Positions 25,558 to 34,500 of a stretch of DNA of 64,000 nt are shown here, piece after piece. The DNA is from Candidatus Pyrohabitans jungbluthii (GTDB lineage: Archaea > Hydrothermarchaeota > Hydrothermarchaeia > Hydrothermarchaeales > BMS3B): NCBI GenBank assembly GCA_002010065.2, contig MTMD02000002.1, positions 556,740 through 620,739 of the forward strand, given 5' to 3'. Every line of letters starts with the position of its first letter. Position 1 is the first letter of the stretch. Under the pieces are notes generated by a model. The model was given only the letters and a program-made list of their open reading frames with translations, searched no databases and was not told where the DNA came from. A program made the position numbers and the translations under genes.

Positions 25558-26571
25558 ATGTTGTATATGCAGCTTGAAAGCGTGGTCAAGGAGATAAGAA
25601 GCCGCGCACTGGAAGAGCTTCGGGGAAGCGGAAAATTCGCAGCCTGGCGCGAGAGGGATTTCCTTCATGGTGAAGAAGTTGACGCAGGTGTTATTGTACT
25701 CTCTACTCGTGGCTGTGCTTGGGCGCTGCGCGGAGGCTGCACCATGTGCGGTTATGTTTATGATTCCTCTCGCGGCGCTTCTCAGGCAGAGGTGCTGCAG
25801 CAGTTTAAAGAGGGGCTTGCCAAGGTTGGAGAGGTCGCCTACCTCAAGGTGTTCAACTCGGGCAGCTTCTTCGACGAGGGCGAGATTTCGCGAGAGACAA
25901 GGCTCAAGATATTCCAGGAGGTCAACGCTCTTGGAGTTAAACGCCTTCAAGTGGAGTCCCGCCCTGAGTACATAACCCGCGAGGTTCTAGAAGAATCAGT
26001 CAGTGTGCTGGAGCCGGAGCTTGAGGTTGGCATTGGTCTTGAAACCACAAACGACTACATACGCGAGGTGTGCATCAACAAGGGCTTCACCCTCGCAGAG
26101 TTCACTCGCGCCTTCGATGTGTGCAAAAGCGCAGGGGTTAAAACAAAGGCGTATCTCCTCATAAAGCCGCCCTTCATAACAGAGGCTGAGGCGATAGAAG
26201 ACGCTGTTAGGAGTGGTGTGGAGGCGGCTCGCCTCGGCGTAGAGCGGCTGAGCTACAACCCCCTCAATGTGCAGCGGGGCACGCTGGTGGAGGAACTTTT
26301 TAATAAGCGGGAGTACCGCCCGCCGTGGCTGTGGAGCGTTGTAGAGATTATAAAGCGCGTGAAGGAGCGCGTGAGCATACCCGTGGTGTGCTCTCCTTCC
26401 GGAGCGGGCACAAAGCGGGGCGCTCACAACTGCGGGAAGTGCGACTCCCGCGTGCTCGCCGCTATACGCAGGTTCTCTTCTACGCAGGAGCTTCGCTACA
26501 TTGAGGAGCTAACCTGTACCTGCAAGCAAAGGTGGAAGGAGGAGCTAAACCTGGAGGTATTTGAGAGGTGA
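25558..26571 (+). CDS. raSEA: Archaeosine biosynthesis radical SAM protein RaSEA
   Basis: TRGCAWALRGGCTMCGY (Cx7Cx2C), FNSGSFFD, VESRPEY, YLLIKPPF, YRPPWLWS, RGAHNCGKCD. Confidence 0.88.
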   Translation: MLYMQLESVVKEIRSRALEELRGSGKFAAWRERDFLHGEEVDAGVIVLSTRGCAWALRGGCTMCGYVYDSSRGASQAEVLQQFKEGLAKVGEVAYLKVFNSGSFFDEGEISRETRLKIFQEVNALGVKRLQVESRPEYITREVLEESVSVLEPELEVGIGLETTNDYIREVCINKGFTLAEFTRAFDVCKSAGVKTKAYLLIKPPFITEAEAIEDAVRSGVEAARLGVERLSYNPLNVQRGTLVEELFNKREYRPPWLWSVVEIIKRVKERVSIPVVCSPSGAGTKRGAHNCGKCDSRVLAAIRRFSSTQELRYIEELTCTCKQRWKEELNLEVFER

Positions 26572-26966
26572 GGATAAAGGTCAGGAAGATTTCTGCCGGC
26601 ATCGCAGAAGGTGAGGCTGTAGTAACCAGAGAGGCGATCACCTTTCTCGGCGGCGTGGATGCTAAGTGGGGCGTGGTGGTGGAGCGCGGGCATGAGCTTG
26701 AAGGCAGAAGCATAGCCGGTAAAATCCTGGTGCTTCCCCACACCAAGGGCTCGACGGTTGGGAGCTACGTGATATACCAGATGAAGAAGCTTGGCACCGC
26801 GCCTCTCGCCATAATTGCTGTTAAGGCTGACGAGATGCTCGCCACCGGGGCGATAATCTCGGGCATACCTCTGGTGGACTCCCCCAGTGAAGACGTGCTG
26901 AGCATACCCCAGGGCGCTAAGCTAAGGGTAAACGCCGACGAGGGCTACGTAGAGGTGAAAGATTGA
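26568..26966 (+). CDS. DUF126 / aconitase X swivel subunit (phosphomevalonate dehydratase small subunit)
   Basis: FLGGVD...H.L.G.SIAGKILV.P..KGSTVGSYV. Confidence 0.88.
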   Translation: MRIKVRKISAGIAEGEAVVTREAITFLGGVDAKWGVVVERGHELEGRSIAGKILVLPHTKGSTVGSYVIYQMKKLGTAPLAIIAVKADEMLATGAIISGIPLVDSPSEDVLSIPQGAKLRVNADEGYVEVKD

Positions 26967-28060
26967 ACGACCTTGACTCCGTCACCCGCAGCTTAGCTGC
27001 GGATAACTTTGAGGAACTCATTGCAAGAGGGTTTATTATAAAAGCGCGCTACTTTGGCAAGCTTGTAAGCTATGAAGTGGAGCCTCTCTTTGGGCATGAG
27101 CGCAGCTTTGAACTTGTGCTCCAGGGCTTCGAAGGCTCAGGCTACTATCCCCTCTACAGGGAAAAGAATGGTAGGTACTTTATCACAGTGGTTAAGAAGG
27201 ATAAAAGGGGCTTCTCCCCTCCTGAGTGGGCTCACGTCCTTCTCTTCCTCGCCACGCTGGTTACTGTCACCCTCGCTGGGTACATCTGGTGGGCAGATGG
27301 TGATATCTACCTGAGTGTGCTCTTCGCAGCCTCGCTTATGCTTATCCTCGGAGGGCATGAGCTGGGGCACTACCTCGCGGCGAGGCGTCGCAATGTCGCG
27401 GCGACTCTGCCGTTCTTCATCCCCGTGCCGCCAAACATATTCCCCTTCGGTACCATGGGGGCTGTAATAACAATGCGCTCTCCCATTCCGGACAGAAAAG
27501 CGCTAATGGAGGTGGGCATCGCAGGACCTGCGATGGGCTTTCTCCTCGCGCTACCCTTCATAGCCTACGGTTTAATGCACTCCACACCAGTGCCTATAGA
27601 AGAAGCAAAGGACGAGATAACCTTCTTCATGCCCCTTGCCATGCAGGCAATAGCAAAGCTGGTGCTCGGCGACATCGGCGAGGCGAGCCTTGACGCTCAC
27701 CCCCTCGCGATGGCGGGCTGGATAGGCTTATTCGTCACCTCCCTCAACCTCCTTCCAATGGGGCAACTCGATGGCGGGCACGTGGTTCGCGCTCTGTTTC
27801 CCAGGCGATACCGTGCCGTTTACCGGGGCGTTTTTGTGCTGCTCCTTTTATCCTTTGTGGTGTGGCCGGGTTGGCTATTCTGGGCGGTGGTGGCGTATAT
27901 AATAACCCGGCTGGAGCATCCAGGTCCACTCAACGACGTCTCCCCCTTAGACACAAAAAGAAAGCTCCTCGGCGTGCTGATGCTTCTGCTCCTCATCCTC
28001 ACCTTCATGCCGGTGCCCTTCATCTCCACGGAGCTTCTGGTGGAGATTTCCAGAAGATGA
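26963..28060 (+). CDS. Site-2 protease (peptidase M50)
   Basis: HELGH, LPFFIP, GTMGA, IAGP, LNLLPMGQLDGGH. Confidence 0.92.
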   Translation: MNDLDSVTRSLAADNFEELIARGFIIKARYFGKLVSYEVEPLFGHERSFELVLQGFEGSGYYPLYREKNGRYFITVVKKDKRGFSPPEWAHVLLFLATLVTVTLAGYIWWADGDIYLSVLFAASLMLILGGHELGHYLAARRRNVAATLPFFIPVPPNIFPFGTMGAVITMRSPIPDRKALMEVGIAGPAMGFLLALPFIAYGLMHSTPVPIEEAKDEITFFMPLAMQAIAKLVLGDIGEASLDAHPLAMAGWIGLFVTSLNLLPMGQLDGGHVVRALFPRRYRAVYRGVFVLLLLSFVVWPGWLFWAVVAYIITRLEHPGPLNDVSPLDTKRKLLGVLMLLLLILTFMPVPFISTELLVEISRR

Positions 28061-28164
28061 CCCTATTAGAAGGTTGCAGATGAGAGAGTCAAAGCTTGAG
28101 AAAGAGATCGAAGGGTTCAAAGCCAAAATCTGGCTGGAGTAAGGTGGTGTGTGTTATTTAATGC

Positions 28165-28926
28165 TTACCTGCCAAACCTGCGCTGTCTCTGCTGGTAGGT
28201 GCGCAGGGCGCGCAGGAAGTCTATTTTCCGAAAACCCGGCCAGTAGGTTTCGCAGAAGTAGAGCTCAGCATAGGCACTTTGCCACAACAGAAAGCCAGAG
28301 ATGCGCTCCTCGCCAGAGGTTCTGATTATTAAGTCTGGGTCGGGCATGCCGTTAGTGTACAGGTGCTGAGCTATGATTGCCTCGCTTATATCCTGGCTAC
28401 TCATCTCCCCTCTCTCTATCTTCTCCGCCATCTTCTTAAAAGCGTCCACTATCTCCTGCCGTCCGCCGTAGGCGACGGCGACGTTAAGTATGAGGTTGTC
28501 GTAGTGCTTCGTCTTTTCCTCCGCGTAGGCTATCGCCTTGCGAACGCGCTCCGGGAAGCGCTCCACCTTGCCTATAGCTCTAATCCTGACGCGGTTGCGG
28601 TGTATGCGCTCGTCCTCGGCGACTTTGTAGAAGTACTCCTCGAAGATGTCGAAGAGCTTTTCCACCTCCTCCTTTGGCCTCGAGAAGTTCTCCGTAGAGA
28701 AGGCGTAGGTGGTGATGTTTTTTATTCCCAGCTGCACGCACCACTCCAGGAACTCTTCCAGCTTCTGTGCTCCAAGGCGGTGACCCACCCAGGGCGGCGA
28801 GCCCAGCTTACGAGCTAAGCGGCGGTTTCCGTCCATTATCACAGCTATGTGCTGGGGCATAGGCTTTGACTTCACCTGCCTCTCCAGCAGCCACTCGTAC
28901 AGCTTATACACTGGATATAGAATCAC
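28165..28926 (-). CDS. uppS: cis-prenyltransferase (undecaprenyl/dolichyl diphosphate synthase)
   Basis: HIAVIMDGNRR, YAFSTENF, AYGGRQEI, PDLIIRTSGEERISGFLLWQSAYAEL, RRFG. Confidence 0.95.
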   Translation of the reverse strand: MILYPVYKLYEWLLERQVKSKPMPQHIAVIMDGNRRLARKLGSPPWVGHRLGAQKLEEFLEWCVQLGIKNITTYAFSTENFSRPKEEVEKLFDIFEEYFYKVAEDERIHRNRVRIRAIGKVERFPERVRKAIAYAEEKTKHYDNLILNVAVAYGGRQEIVDAFKKMAEKIERGEMSSQDISEAIIAQHLYTNGMPDPDLIIRTSGEERISGFLLWQSAYAELYFCETYWPGFRKIDFLRALRTYQQRQRRFGR

Positions 28927-29246
28927 TCTTCAGCCACCTCCTGCACAGTAAGCGGAGCGCCGCAGGAGCCGCAGAACTTGCCCGCGCTGGCTATGGGAGC
29001 ACCGCAGGAGGGGCACTCCTGGGGCAGGCTCACCTCCTGCATTGGCTCAGTCTTTTTTCGTTCTCGAGGCTTGTAAAGGAGGAGGTATAAACCTGCGCCC
29101 ATTGCGACGAGACCTAAACTCCAGTATATCACTATGAACATTTCATCCTGCTCGATGTAAGCCTGGTAGAGGAGGAGTATACCCACGGCTACGCTAACAA
29201 GGCTGAGCAGAATCTTCTGAGAACTCTGTGTTTCTGCCATAGCCAC
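28923..29246 (-). CDS. Membrane protein with C-terminal zinc ribbon
   Basis: Two TM segments, then CPSCG...FCGSCG. Confidence 0.8.
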   Translation of the reverse strand: MAMAETQSSQKILLSLVSVAVGILLLYQAYIEQDEMFIVIYWSLGLVAMGAGLYLLLYKPRERKKTEPMQEVSLPQECPSCGAPIASAGKFCGSCGAPLTVQEVAEE

Positions 29247-29289
29247 CCCTTTAGCTTTTTATGAGCCCCTGCATTATAAATTTAACGAC

Positions 29290-29535
29290 TTACGGGCTGA
29301 GAAAAAACAGAATAACCCCTGCCAGGAGTATCGCAGCTATGTAAGCGGCAAGCACATGGCTGAGCATGTTTTCTTCGGCTGAGGTATAGCTAAGCCCGCC
29401 GAGAAAGCTCCCAAGCCCAAGGATGAGAAGCCCGCTGCTTAGAGCCGTGTTCGAAGGTAAAAGCCGCAGTCCGTGAGCAAGCAGAAAAGCGCCTGCAAAC
29501 ACCGCCAGGTTGCGCAGGAATACTCTGACGTGCAA
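29290..29535 (-). CDS. Small integral membrane protein (about 3 TM)
   Basis: Hydrophobic throughout; lies in an operon-like run with its neighbours. Confidence 0.6.
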   Translation of the reverse strand: MHVRVFLRNLAVFAGAFLLAHGLRLLPSNTALSSGLLILGLGSFLGGLSYTSAEENMLSHVLAAYIAAILLAGVILFFLSP

Positions 29536-29539
29536 AGCG

Positions 29540-30031
29540 TTACACCTCTATTACCTCTGCCTTGAGGCTTTTTAAATCTAAGATGCACAGTGTGCGTTTC
29601 CCAGTCAGGTAGCCGCAGAGTTCCCCAGGATTAACCGCAACACAAGCGTTGCTACGGCTAACTTCTATTTTGTGGGTATGCCCTGTAACCACCAAGTCGT
29701 AGCGCCCGCTTGCCACTAACGCAGAGGTAATCGCAGCTACGGTACCGTGGTAAACTGCAATTTTGCGATTGGCCAGCTCGAGTTCTGCAAAATCAGCTAT
29801 GCTTGCCCCCATCTCAGTGAGGCGTTTCGCAAGCAGTGCTCGCTCCCCATCGTTGTTCCCATAGACGCATGTCAGCTTTGCTTCCAGCTTCGCAAGTTTC
29901 GACGCTGCGAAGGGCGCCACCATGTCGCCGGCATGAAGCACATGCTCCACGCCCTCGCGGTTTAGCAGCTTTACTGCCGCCTCAAGCGCAGGCAGGTTGT
30001 CATGAGAGTCGGAGATTATCCCCACAAGCAT
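29540..30031 (-). CDS. Metallophosphoesterase (YfcE/MJ0936 family)
   Basis: SDSHDN, HAGD, GNNDG, YHG, GHTH, NPGE. Confidence 0.92.
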   Translation of the reverse strand: MLVGIISDSHDNLPALEAAVKLLNREGVEHVLHAGDMVAPFAASKLAKLEAKLTCVYGNNDGERALLAKRLTEMGASIADFAELELANRKIAVYHGTVAAITSALVASGRYDLVVTGHTHKIEVSRSNACVAVNPGELCGYLTGKRTLCILDLKSLKAEVIEV

Positions 30032-30098
30032 GGAGTAAATCTTTACCCCCGCCCATAAAATTTTTTTGTCGCGATGCTGAGTAAGCGTAGTGGTTTAA

Positions 30099-31238
30099 AT
30101 GAGGTTTGCAAAGCGGTTGAGCTACATCGATATCTCCGGAATAAGGAAGATGTTTGAGCTGGCAAAGGCTGAAGGGGTTATAAACCTTGCTTTAGGAGAG
30201 CCCGACTTCGGCATACCTCCCAGCGCCAAGCAGGCGATAATCTCAGGTTTAGCCCAGGATTTCACCCACTATACGCCGAATAAGGGCATCGAGGAGCTTC
30301 GCAGCGCCATAGCCGAGAAACTGCGTAAAGAGAATGGCATAGCCTCGAGCGGCGAGGACATAATTGTCACCTCGGGTGCGAGTGAGGCTCTTCACTTGGC
30401 GATTCTCGCCCTGATTGAGCCTGGAGACGAGGTGCTGGTGCCCAACCCGGGCTTTGTGTCCTACTCGCCCTTGGTGAGGCTCGCTGGTGGCGTGCCTGTG
30501 AGCTACGAGGTAGCCGAGAGCAATGCCTTCGAACCAAGAGTAGAGGAAATAGAGGAGAAGCTTACTAAGCGCACAAAGCTCATAATAGTCAACTCTCCAA
30601 GCAACCCCACTGGAGCGGTTTTCTCCCGACGAACAGTAAAGGAAATCGCAAAGCTTGCGGAGAGCGAAGGCTTAGCGCTGCTGAGCGATGAGGTTTATGA
30701 AAAGATAATCTACGAGGGCGAGCACCACAGCTTTGCCCGCTATTACCCCGAGACGATAACAGTGAACGGCTTCTCAAAGAGCTACGCCATGACGGGCTTG
30801 CGCCTGGGTTATGTTCACGCACCCAGTGAGGCGATAGAGGAGATGCTCAAAATCCACCAGTACATTCAGGCAAGCACCGTCTCGCTCTCTCAGCTCGCAG
30901 CCTTAGCGGCGCTGGAGCAGGGAGAGGAGCACGTTAAGGAGATGGTGACGCGCTTTAAGCAGAGGCGGGATTTGATAATGAAGGAGCTTACGGGGCTTCC
31001 GGGCGTTACCTGCCTCTCACCGCGAGGCGCTTTCTATGCCTTCCCCAACTTCTCTACTTATGGCTCTTCTCAGGAGCTTGCCATGGAGCTGCTGAGGCAA
31101 GCAAAGGTAGTGGTTACTCCAGGCACGGCCTTTGGAAGCGCTGGCGAGGGCTACCTGCGCTTTTCCTTCGCCACAAGCGAGGAAAATATTATAGAGGGGA
31201 TGCGTAGAATTAAGCATTACCTGGAGGCGAGGCAATGA
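30099..31238 (+). CDS. PLP-dependent aminotransferase class I/II (aspartate aminotransferase-like)
   Basis: GEPDF, NSPSNPTG, SDEVY, FSKSYAMTGLRLG, GAFY, YLRFSF. Confidence 0.93.
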   Translation: MRFAKRLSYIDISGIRKMFELAKAEGVINLALGEPDFGIPPSAKQAIISGLAQDFTHYTPNKGIEELRSAIAEKLRKENGIASSGEDIIVTSGASEALHLAILALIEPGDEVLVPNPGFVSYSPLVRLAGGVPVSYEVAESNAFEPRVEEIEEKLTKRTKLIIVNSPSNPTGAVFSRRTVKEIAKLAESEGLALLSDEVYEKIIYEGEHHSFARYYPETITVNGFSKSYAMTGLRLGYVHAPSEAIEEMLKIHQYIQASTVSLSQLAALAALEQGEEHVKEMVTRFKQRRDLIMKELTGLPGVTCLSPRGAFYAFPNFSTYGSSQELAMELLRQAKVVVTPGTAFGSAGEGYLRFSFATSEENIIEGMRRIKHYLEARQ

Positions 31239-32269
31239 AGTTACTCAAGAAGCTTAGCGAGGCGCACGGCGTGCCCGGTCACGAGGATAAGGTGCGCAAG
31301 CTTCTGCGCGAGGAGTTAGAAAGAACCTGCGACGAGGTTTTTGTGGATAAGCTCGGCAACCTCATAGCAAGGAAGGGTGAGGGCAAGCGCAAGGTGATGC
31401 TTGACGCGCATATGGATGAGATAGGCTTAATGGTGAAGCATATAGACAAGAAGGGTTTCATACGCTTCACCACGCTGGGCGGCTTTTTCGATCAGACATT
31501 GCTAAACCAACGCGTGGTGGTGCACACCCGCAAGGGTGAGGTTCTTGGGGTTATAGGCTCCAAGCCCCCGCATCTGATGAAGGAGGAGGAGCGTAAGAAG
31601 GTGGTTAAGGCTGAGAACATGTTCATAGACGTCGGCGCAGGTGATGCCGAGGAGGTGAAGAAGCTCGGCGTTCGCGTGGGGGACTACATAACCTTTGACA
31701 GGAGCTTCGCTGAGCTTGCCGGCGAGCTTGTCACTGGCAAAGCCTTCGACAACCGCATAGGCTGCTATGCCATGGTCGAGATAATGCGCCGCTTAAGCGT
31801 TGATGCTGAAGTTTATGCCGTTGCCACTGTGCAGGAGGAGGTCGGGCTAAAGGGTGCGCGCACCGCCGCATACAAGATATACCCTGACCTCGCGATTGTG
31901 CTCGACGTGACCACCACGGGCGATTACCCAGGTGTTCGAGAAGAGGAAAGCGCCACCAAGCTCAACGGCGGTCCCGCAATTACTCTAGTTGACGCAAAGG
32001 GGCGCGGGCTTATCACCCATCCTGAGGTGAAAGAGCTTTTAATCTCTACCGCAGAGGAGGAGAAGATACCCTACCAGCTCGAGGTTGGTGAAGGTGGAAC
32101 CACAGATGCCACGACTATTCATTTAACCAAAGAGGGCGTGCCCGCAGGCGTCGTTTCTGTGCCCACGCGCTACATCCACTCTCCCGTAGAAGTAGCAAGC
32201 GTAAAGGACATAGAGCGCGTGGTAGAGCTTGTCGCGAAAGCGGTGGAGAGGTGGGCAGAAAAGGGTTAG
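31235..32269 (+). CDS. M42 family (TET/FrvX) aminopeptidase
   Basis: AHMDEIG, KAFDNRIG, QEEVGLKGA, GGTTDA, RYIHSPVE. Confidence 0.93.
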   Translation: MKLLKKLSEAHGVPGHEDKVRKLLREELERTCDEVFVDKLGNLIARKGEGKRKVMLDAHMDEIGLMVKHIDKKGFIRFTTLGGFFDQTLLNQRVVVHTRKGEVLGVIGSKPPHLMKEEERKKVVKAENMFIDVGAGDAEEVKKLGVRVGDYITFDRSFAELAGELVTGKAFDNRIGCYAMVEIMRRLSVDAEVYAVATVQEEVGLKGARTAAYKIYPDLAIVLDVTTTGDYPGVREEESATKLNGGPAITLVDAKGRGLITHPEVKELLISTAEEEKIPYQLEVGEGGTTDATTIHLTKEGVPAGVVSVPTRYIHSPVEVASVKDIERVVELVAKAVERWAEKG

Positions 32270-32895
32270 CTTCCCAAATCTCTAACTATTCCCACGCTCA
32301 CAAGCGCCTTAACCGGCTTTCCACCGACCTGGCTTAAGCCTTTCTTGTCGATCATGACCACCGCCGCAAGGGGGGTTGCACCCTTCTCGGTGAGGAAGGC
32401 TATTGTATCGCTCAGCGTTGTCCCCGTCGTAGCGATATCATCGACGATCACAACCTTCTTGCCTTCCACGCCTGCGAAGTTGGATAGGATAAAGCCCTGC
32501 TTCGCCTCACTCTGGGGTTCCCACATGTGCTTCTTTGGGCGAATAATGCACAGCTTGGCGTTGAGCTCTTCTGCGATGATCGTCGCCAGAGGCACGCCGC
32601 TCACAGCTATGCCTGCGATAACCTCTGGCTCGGGCAGCGAGTTCTCCTCCAGTATCTCCCTTATGAGTTCCGCCATGGCAAGGGCGACGTGACGCAGAAC
32701 CACAGGGTTAGAGCCAACGTTGCGCCAGTCTATGTATATATCTCGAGGAGCGGCGCCGCGCTCTTCTTCGGTGTGGGTAACCAGCCAGAGCGCAGTCTCA
32801 CGGCTAACGTTAAGCTCATCGGCAATCTCGCCGGTGGTTAATCCTCTCTTCTTCAGCTCTCTCGCTCGCTTTATGAGCTCTGAAATGTCGCGCAT
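32266..32895 (-). CDS. Orotate phosphoribosyltransferase-like protein with N-terminal HTH (PyrE-like / GfcR-type regulator)
   Basis: GLTTGEIADELNVSRETALWL helix-turn-helix; PRPP loop VIVDDIATTGTT. Confidence 0.88.
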   Translation of the reverse strand: MRDISELIKRARELKKRGLTTGEIADELNVSRETALWLVTHTEEERGAAPRDIYIDWRNVGSNPVVLRHVALAMAELIREILEENSLPEPEVIAGIAVSGVPLATIIAEELNAKLCIIRPKKHMWEPQSEAKQGFILSNFAGVEGKKVVIVDDIATTGTTLSDTIAFLTEKGATPLAAVVMIDKKGLSQVGGKPVKALVSVGIVRDLGS

Positions 32896-32962
32896 GGTTA
32901 ATATTCACCTCCCCTCCTATATATACTTTGTATCTATGGTTCCTGGAGGTAAACCCGGAGGA

Positions 32963-32988
32963 GTTACCCTGAACTTGTTCAGGGTGAC
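32963..32988. repeat. Intergenic inverted repeat / hairpin GTTACCCTGAA-CTTG-TTCAGGGTGAC
   Basis: 11-bp stem (one G-U pair on the + strand); perfect core ACCCTGAAC-TT-GTTCAGGGT; lies between nob1 and the pyrE-like gene. Confidence 0.7.
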
Positions 32989-33005
32989 GGAGGTTCCTAT
33001 TATCC

Positions 33006-33506
33006 TTACCTCCTCTTTACCCTTGCTTTCACCTTAGCGCCACACACCTCGCAGGTATCGCTGGCATAACTCGCGCTGTACCTGCGCCCGCATCCCACGC
33101 AACGCTTATACCAGCGAAATCGTCGCCTTATCCCCTGCTCCATCACCGGCGAAAAGCGCAGCTTCAGAAACTTCGCCACGTTCTGCACCGCGTAGTCGTC
33201 TGTAACTATAGTGACCTTCTCTCCCTGCGAAGCGAACTCCAGGGCTAAGGCGAGCACCGCCATGTCAGCCCGCGAAAGCAGTGCCACGTCACCAGTTTGC
33301 GTCGCCGCTTTTTTTACAAGCTGCATATACTTCTCCTGTGGGGTACGCACCTCCAGCAGGCCGCTCTCCTGCGCGAGCCTTGCCTTAAGCTGGCGGTACT
33401 CCTCCTTAAGCTCCTCCATCACCTCCGGCACTGTGTACGCGCGCTTCCGCAAAGCCAGGGGCTCCAGGCCAGCGAAGAAGGCGCTTGTATCGAGCACGAG
33501 TATCAT
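33006..33506 (-). CDS. nob1: Nob1 rRNA-maturation endoribonuclease (PIN + Zn ribbon)
   Basis: VLDTSAF, LSRADMAVLALA, TDDYAVQNVA, CVGCGR...CEVCG. Confidence 0.92.
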   Translation of the reverse strand: MILVLDTSAFFAGLEPLALRKRAYTVPEVMEELKEEYRQLKARLAQESGLLEVRTPQEKYMQLVKKAATQTGDVALLSRADMAVLALALEFASQGEKVTIVTDDYAVQNVAKFLKLRFSPVMEQGIRRRFRWYKRCVGCGRRYSASYASDTCEVCGAKVKARVKRR

Positions 33507-34324
33507 AGCCTCTCCCTTATCCTCTCGTAGAAGTCCCGCCTGAACTTTACAAGCTTTACAACGCTGTGGGACTTTCTCAGGGTTACCTCCTGCTCCGGTT
33601 CAAGGCTGAGCACCTTCTGTCCGTCTATAACCAGAAGCGCTCTTTCCTTGGCATCTACAACCTTAACCCTAATGGGGAGGTGCTCCGGCACGACGATGCT
33701 TCGAGCGGAGAAGCTGAAGGGGCATATTGCGGTTACCACAATCGCGGGGGTGCGGGGGTCAAGTATAGGTCCGCCGGCAGACATGGAGTAGGCGGTTGAG
33801 CCCGTGGGTGTAGCTACAATAACGCCATCGCTGCGAAGCTCCTGCGCTAAAGCTTCGTCGATGTAGATGTGCAGGTGGAGCATCCTTACCGGCGAAGCGC
33901 TGGCTATGACTGCTTCATTGAGCGCCTCGCCCACCTTCTCACCGGCTACAAGCACAGAGAGCTTGCTCCTCTCCTCTATGAAGTACTCGCCTGCGAGCAG
34001 CTTCTCCAGCGAAGCACGCCATTCCTGCGGTCTGGCTTCTGTAAGAAACCCCATGGTGCCGAAGTTGAAGCCCAGGATGGGCGCTGTATTACCTGCACCC
34101 TTTGCGGCAGCCTTGAGAATCATACCGTCGCCGCCCAGCACCAGATAAAGGTCCACCTTCATTGCCTCGATTTCACACCCCTCTACGCCAATATCTCGTG
34201 CACACTCCGCGTCGTACACCACATCTATGCCTTTCTGCAACAGGTAGCTCGCTATCTCCTGTGCTACGCGTTGCGCCTCTGGGGTACGCTTTACAATCAG
34301 CCCCACCTTTTCCATTTTTTTCAT
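33503..34324 (-). CDS. nadK: NAD kinase
   Basis: GGDGMIL, GTMGFL, ALNE, DGVIVATPTGSTAYSMSAGGP. The extra N-terminus in the ORF track is the antisense shadow of tRNA-Gly, so the start is set at ATG 34324 (or 34315). Confidence 0.93.
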   Translation of the reverse strand: MKKMEKVGLIVKRTPEAQRVAQEIASYLLQKGIDVVYDAECARDIGVEGCEIEAMKVDLYLVLGGDGMILKAAAKGAGNTAPILGFNFGTMGFLTEARPQEWRASLEKLLAGEYFIEERSKLSVLVAGEKVGEALNEAVIASASPVRMLHLHIYIDEALAQELRSDGVIVATPTGSTAYSMSAGGPILDPRTPAIVVTAICPFSFSARSIVVPEHLPIRVKVVDAKERALLVIDGQKVLSLEPEQEVTLRKSHSVVKLVKFRRDFYERIRERL

Positions 34325-34360
34325 GTTATCTCTATTTATCTCAAGTTGGTATATAATAGT

Positions 34361-34431
34361 GCGGGTGTAGTCTAGTGGCAGGACCCGAGCCTCCCAAGCT
34401 CGTGACCCGGGTTCGAATCCCGGCACCCGCA
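34361..34431 (+). tRNA. tRNA-Gly (CCC)
   Basis: Acceptor GCGGGTG/CACCCGC + A; anticodon arm CGAGC-CTCCCAA-GCTCG; T-arm CCGGG-TTCGAAT-CCCGG; no encoded CCA, no intron. Confidence 0.95.
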
Positions 34432-34500
34432 TAACCCCCTATTTCTGTATGCACTAAATACTGGGAAATAATTTAATACCTCTCTGACCAACCTCTATCC

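Noticed and set aside
28080-28142. 20-codon ORF MRESKLEKEIEGFKAKIWLE resembling the start of a ModE-type winged-helix regulator
   Set aside because: Too short, and the similarity rests on about six residues; possibly a remnant but not supportable.
34325-34432. N-terminal extension of NAD kinase in the ORF track (MRVPGFEPGSRAWEARVLPLDYTR)
   Set aside because: It is the antisense translation of tRNA-Gly(CCC); the real start is at 34324 or 34315.
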